A stretch of DNA of 64,000 bases, from the NCBI GenBank assembly GCA_035549075.1, contig DASZRT010000069.1, positions 678-64,677 on the forward strand, read 5' to 3'. Made by a program: the position numbers and the translations under genes. The stretch is from Polyangia bacterium. GTDB taxonomy: Bacteria > Myxococcota_A > Polyangia > Fen-1088. How positions within the stretch are numbered: the first letter of the stretch is position 1; each line of letters begins with the position of its first letter. Under the pieces are notes generated by a model that saw only the letters and a list, made by a program, of their open reading frames with translations, did not search any database and was not told the DNA's origin. Below are positions 61,601 through 64,000 of this stretch, piece after piece.

Positions 61601-63018
61601 CGGGCGGCGTGACGACGTCGGCGTATACCGCCACCGGACGGCCGAGCGGGTTGACACAGCCGAGCGGCGTGGGAGCGACGTACAGCTACGACTTGCGAGA
61701 TCGGGTGACGTCGCTTGAGTGGGCTCACAGTACGAACCCCGCGTTCGGAAGCTGGTCGTATGGATTCAACGGCCGAGGCCAGCGAACGAGCGTCACCGAC
61801 GCCACCGGCCGGCACGTCGCATACGGATACGACGCGGTCTCGCGTCTCGTCAGCGAGACCATTGCGGCCGACCCGCGCGGAGCGATCGGCAACGGCGAGA
61901 TCGACTATTCGCTAGATCCGACAGGCAATCGTCTGTCGCGGACATCCACGCTCGCGGCCGTCGGCGGGCAGACGTTCACCTACGACTCCAACGACCAACT
62001 CGGCAGCGACACCTACGACCTAAACGGCAACACGACAGCCTCGGACGGCCACGCGTTCGCGTACGACTTCGAAAACCGTCTGAAGTCAAAGGACGCGGGC
62101 GCCGTGACGATCGTCTACGACGGCGACGGGAACCGAGTTGCAAAGACCGCGGGAGGCGTCACGACGAAGTATCTGATCGACGACGTAAATCCGACGGGCT
62201 ACCTGCAAGTTCTTGAAGAGGTGAGAGGTGGATCGGTACAGACCGAGTACACGTACGGTACGATGCTTGTGAGCCAGAACCGGGCGGTCGGAGGGGCCAG
62301 TCAGACGAGTTACTACGGCTACGATGCCCACGGAAACGTCACGTTTCTGACGGACGCTGCGGGCGCGGTGACGGACACGTACGACTACGACGCATGGGGG
62401 AGCGTGGTCGGACAGTCCGAGACGACGCCGAACACACGGCTGTTTGATGGGGAGGAAGTGGATCCGGACCTCGGGCTCGTCAATCTGCGGGCACGGCTGT
62501 ACAAGCCGATCACGGGGCGGTTCTTGACGATTGATCCGCTGGATGGAGTTGCCGGCTCCTTCGTGGTTGCAGGTACAGCAGGGGATGTTTCACGAGAAGC
62601 CGCAACTACCTCGCCCTTCGTCAATGCAGTTCTGGATCTCACTCCGCGTGACGTAGTCGGGCCCCGCGTTCGCGGACAGCGCTATCTTTTCGCTGCCGGT
62701 GATCCTGTATCGAAGTTCGACCCGACGGGATTGAGCGAGGCCACGGCTGATGCGTTCTTCGAATTCGCGATAAGCCGTCCTCTCGTGACGGTCGCCTTCG
62801 TCGGGTCGGCAGCGGTGACAGCCGGTGGCATCGTGGTGTTGGCCAGTAAGATCAAGGAGAGGATCTGCGAGAACGGGTACCAGACTGATTTGGCAACGTG
62901 CAGGGAGCTTCCCGATCCTGCGGCCCGCGCTCGATGCTACGCCTCAGCCCTGGATCGAAAGAACGCTTGCTTGAAGGATCAGCCGCTGCCGCCATTGCAG
63001 GGATGGCCCGGATGGTGA
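58577..63018 (+). pseudogene. RHS/YD-repeat family toxin with C-terminal variable toxin domain; reading frame interrupted (frameshift near 59350-59365); true N-terminal start unresolved
   Basis: More than 40 YD repeats (e.g. GNATSYAYDLTAHTTTITNPDDGVVTQTFDDRGLL). RHS core ending ARLYKPITGRFLTIDPLDGVAG (the DPxGL-type boundary), then a ~150 aa unique tail ending ...LPPLQGWPGW. The frame of 58577-59488 joins the frame of 59128-63018 only via a 1-nt shift at ...tcgaagaaagctcg. The annotated ORF start lies inside the htrA terminator and so is not real. Confidence 0.6.
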
Positions 63019-63530
63019 GGCGCAAGCGAGGGGGCGTGCGCATCTCGAGGGCTAGAGCGGGCGTAGAGGGAGGCTGGTTTTGCGATGTGTCGTCAAGTGA
63101 CTCGCGGGTACCCAGCGGGAGGATCTTCGGTGAGGACAAAGGACAAGCTTTGCAGCTTGCGGCTCGGTACGTGTCGTCAATGACTACCGGCGATGAGGAC
63201 GCCGCCGCTGCGGTGGACGTGGACAAATCACGGGGCCGGACGGGAGTCGTTGCGTCCCTCGTCCCGACAAAGGATGGGTTTCGCTTAATTCTGGACGATG
63301 TGGAAGCAGTCGAAATGGAGGGATCAATGACCTGGCGGTCAGTTCGACTTTTCAGCCATCGCGACTTCGTTGAGACCAGACCTGCCAAGGTGACAAAGGA
63401 AGAACTCGCTTCCGTCGGCGGCATGCTGCTTGCTCGCCTTCGTGCGCTGGAGATCACCAAGGCAGCCGGACATGGAAGTAGCCCGCAGAACCCGAGATCG
63501 AAAGTAACGAAATCCAAGCGTGAGGTGTAA
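63001..63530 (+). CDS. candidate RHS immunity protein (start uncertain; alternative ATG about 63181)
   Basis: ORF immediately overlapping or following the RHS toxin tip. GC is lower (AT-rich codons such as ttt cgc tta att ctg) than the host background, typical of toxin-tip/immunity cassettes. No recognisable motifs. Confidence 0.3.
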
Positions 63531-63629
63531 CGCTTCAGCTAGGAGCCTGTCGGGGTAAGGCGGCCTGAGCGCCGGCGGCGTGGGCGGAGAAGGATCGACA
63601 GTGGATCGGGGCTGTGATCGTCTTCGAAG

Positions 63630-64000
63630 ATGAGCAAGACATTCCGGCCGTACTCACCTGGCCAGGCCTTTCTTCTGCCGCCGTCACCGCTGGACTGGCT
63701 GCCGGAGGACCACCTCGCGCGCTTCATCATGGATGTGGTGAAGAAGCTGGATCTGGCGGTGGTGTACCAGCGATACGAAGGCGACCTGCGCGGGTACCCG
63801 CCTTACCACCCGCAAATGATGGTGGCGCTGCTGCTGTACGGGTACTGCGTCGGCGTGCCGTCATCGTGGAAGATCGAGAAGAAGACCCACGAGGACATCG
63901 CGTTCCGTGTCATCGCCGGTGGCGCGCAGCCTGACCACTCGTCGGTCTCGGAGTTTCGTCGTGTTCACCCTCACGAAAGCGTCCTCGGCGTGGTGCTGAA
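63630..64000 (+). mobile_element. IS1182/IS5-superfamily transposase, N-terminal part (truncated by window end)
   Basis: ATG at 63630. MSKTFRPYSPGQAFLLPPSPLDWLPEDHLARFIMDVVKKLDL...GYPPYHPQMMVALLLYGYCVGVPSSWKIEKKTHEDIAFRVIAGGAQPDHSSVSEFRR is the transposase InsH-type N-terminal domain. The frame is open to the window end. Confidence 0.7.

Overview
This 64 kb window is very GC-rich (about 70%, with extreme GC3), which fits a myxobacterial chromosome. A GH5 cellulase with a Gly/Thr linker, many Ser/Thr kinases, a KirBac-type channel and HYR/PA14 giant proteins point towards a Sorangium-like lineage. I support about 50 protein-coding genes. Roughly the first 20 kb is mostly housekeeping and secreted-enzyme genes, followed by a ccm block and then an accessory-type segment. 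The extreme GC creates long shadow ORFs in every frame, which I rejected using codon-position bias and motif content.

Supported content, in order:
- SppA (S49 signal-peptide peptidase) with an N-terminal extension.
- An outer-membrane protein plus a 1376-aa zinc metalloprotease lipoprotein (HEMGHTMGLRHNF).
- metF, a ClpX-like ATPase lacking the zinc finger, enolase, an esterase, a globin, a GH5 endoglucanase, an acyl-CoA dehydrogenase and an FHA protein.
- A split cytochrome c maturation cluster: ccmC-ccmD, then ccmB-ccmA, two unknown coupled genes, and a fused ccmF-ccmH.
- An RCC1-repeat lipoprotein.
- A long co-directional minus-strand array: sulfite/nitrite reductase, a hypothetical, a glycosyltransferase translationally coupled to a Kir K+ channel, a Ser/Thr kinase, a 69-aa peptide with 3x19-aa tandem repeats, a Ser/Thr kinase fused to an FGE-sulfatase domain, and a 1948-aa HYR/PA14 surface protein that starts with 12 GLSVQ pentapeptide repeats.
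- A TMEM175-like K+ channel, a cytochrome c, PNPOx-like/GAF and hemerythrin-like genes, an H1-like AKP-tailed protein, DedA, asnS, an MFS transporter, a porin, a 2Fe-2S ferredoxin, VOC, EVE and pirin proteins.
- A CpxP-like/HtrA pair ending in a perfect rho-independent terminator.
- A frameshifted RHS/YD-repeat toxin with a lower-GC C-terminal tip, a candidate immunity ORF and the start of an IS1182-family transposase.

The most interesting candidate for a novel system is the kinase / tandem-repeat peptide / kinase-FGE / GLSVQ-repeat adhesin module. The peptide and the adhesin share a GLS[PV]Q motif, and the kinase-FGE and adhesin genes are linked by an ATGA stop/start overlap.
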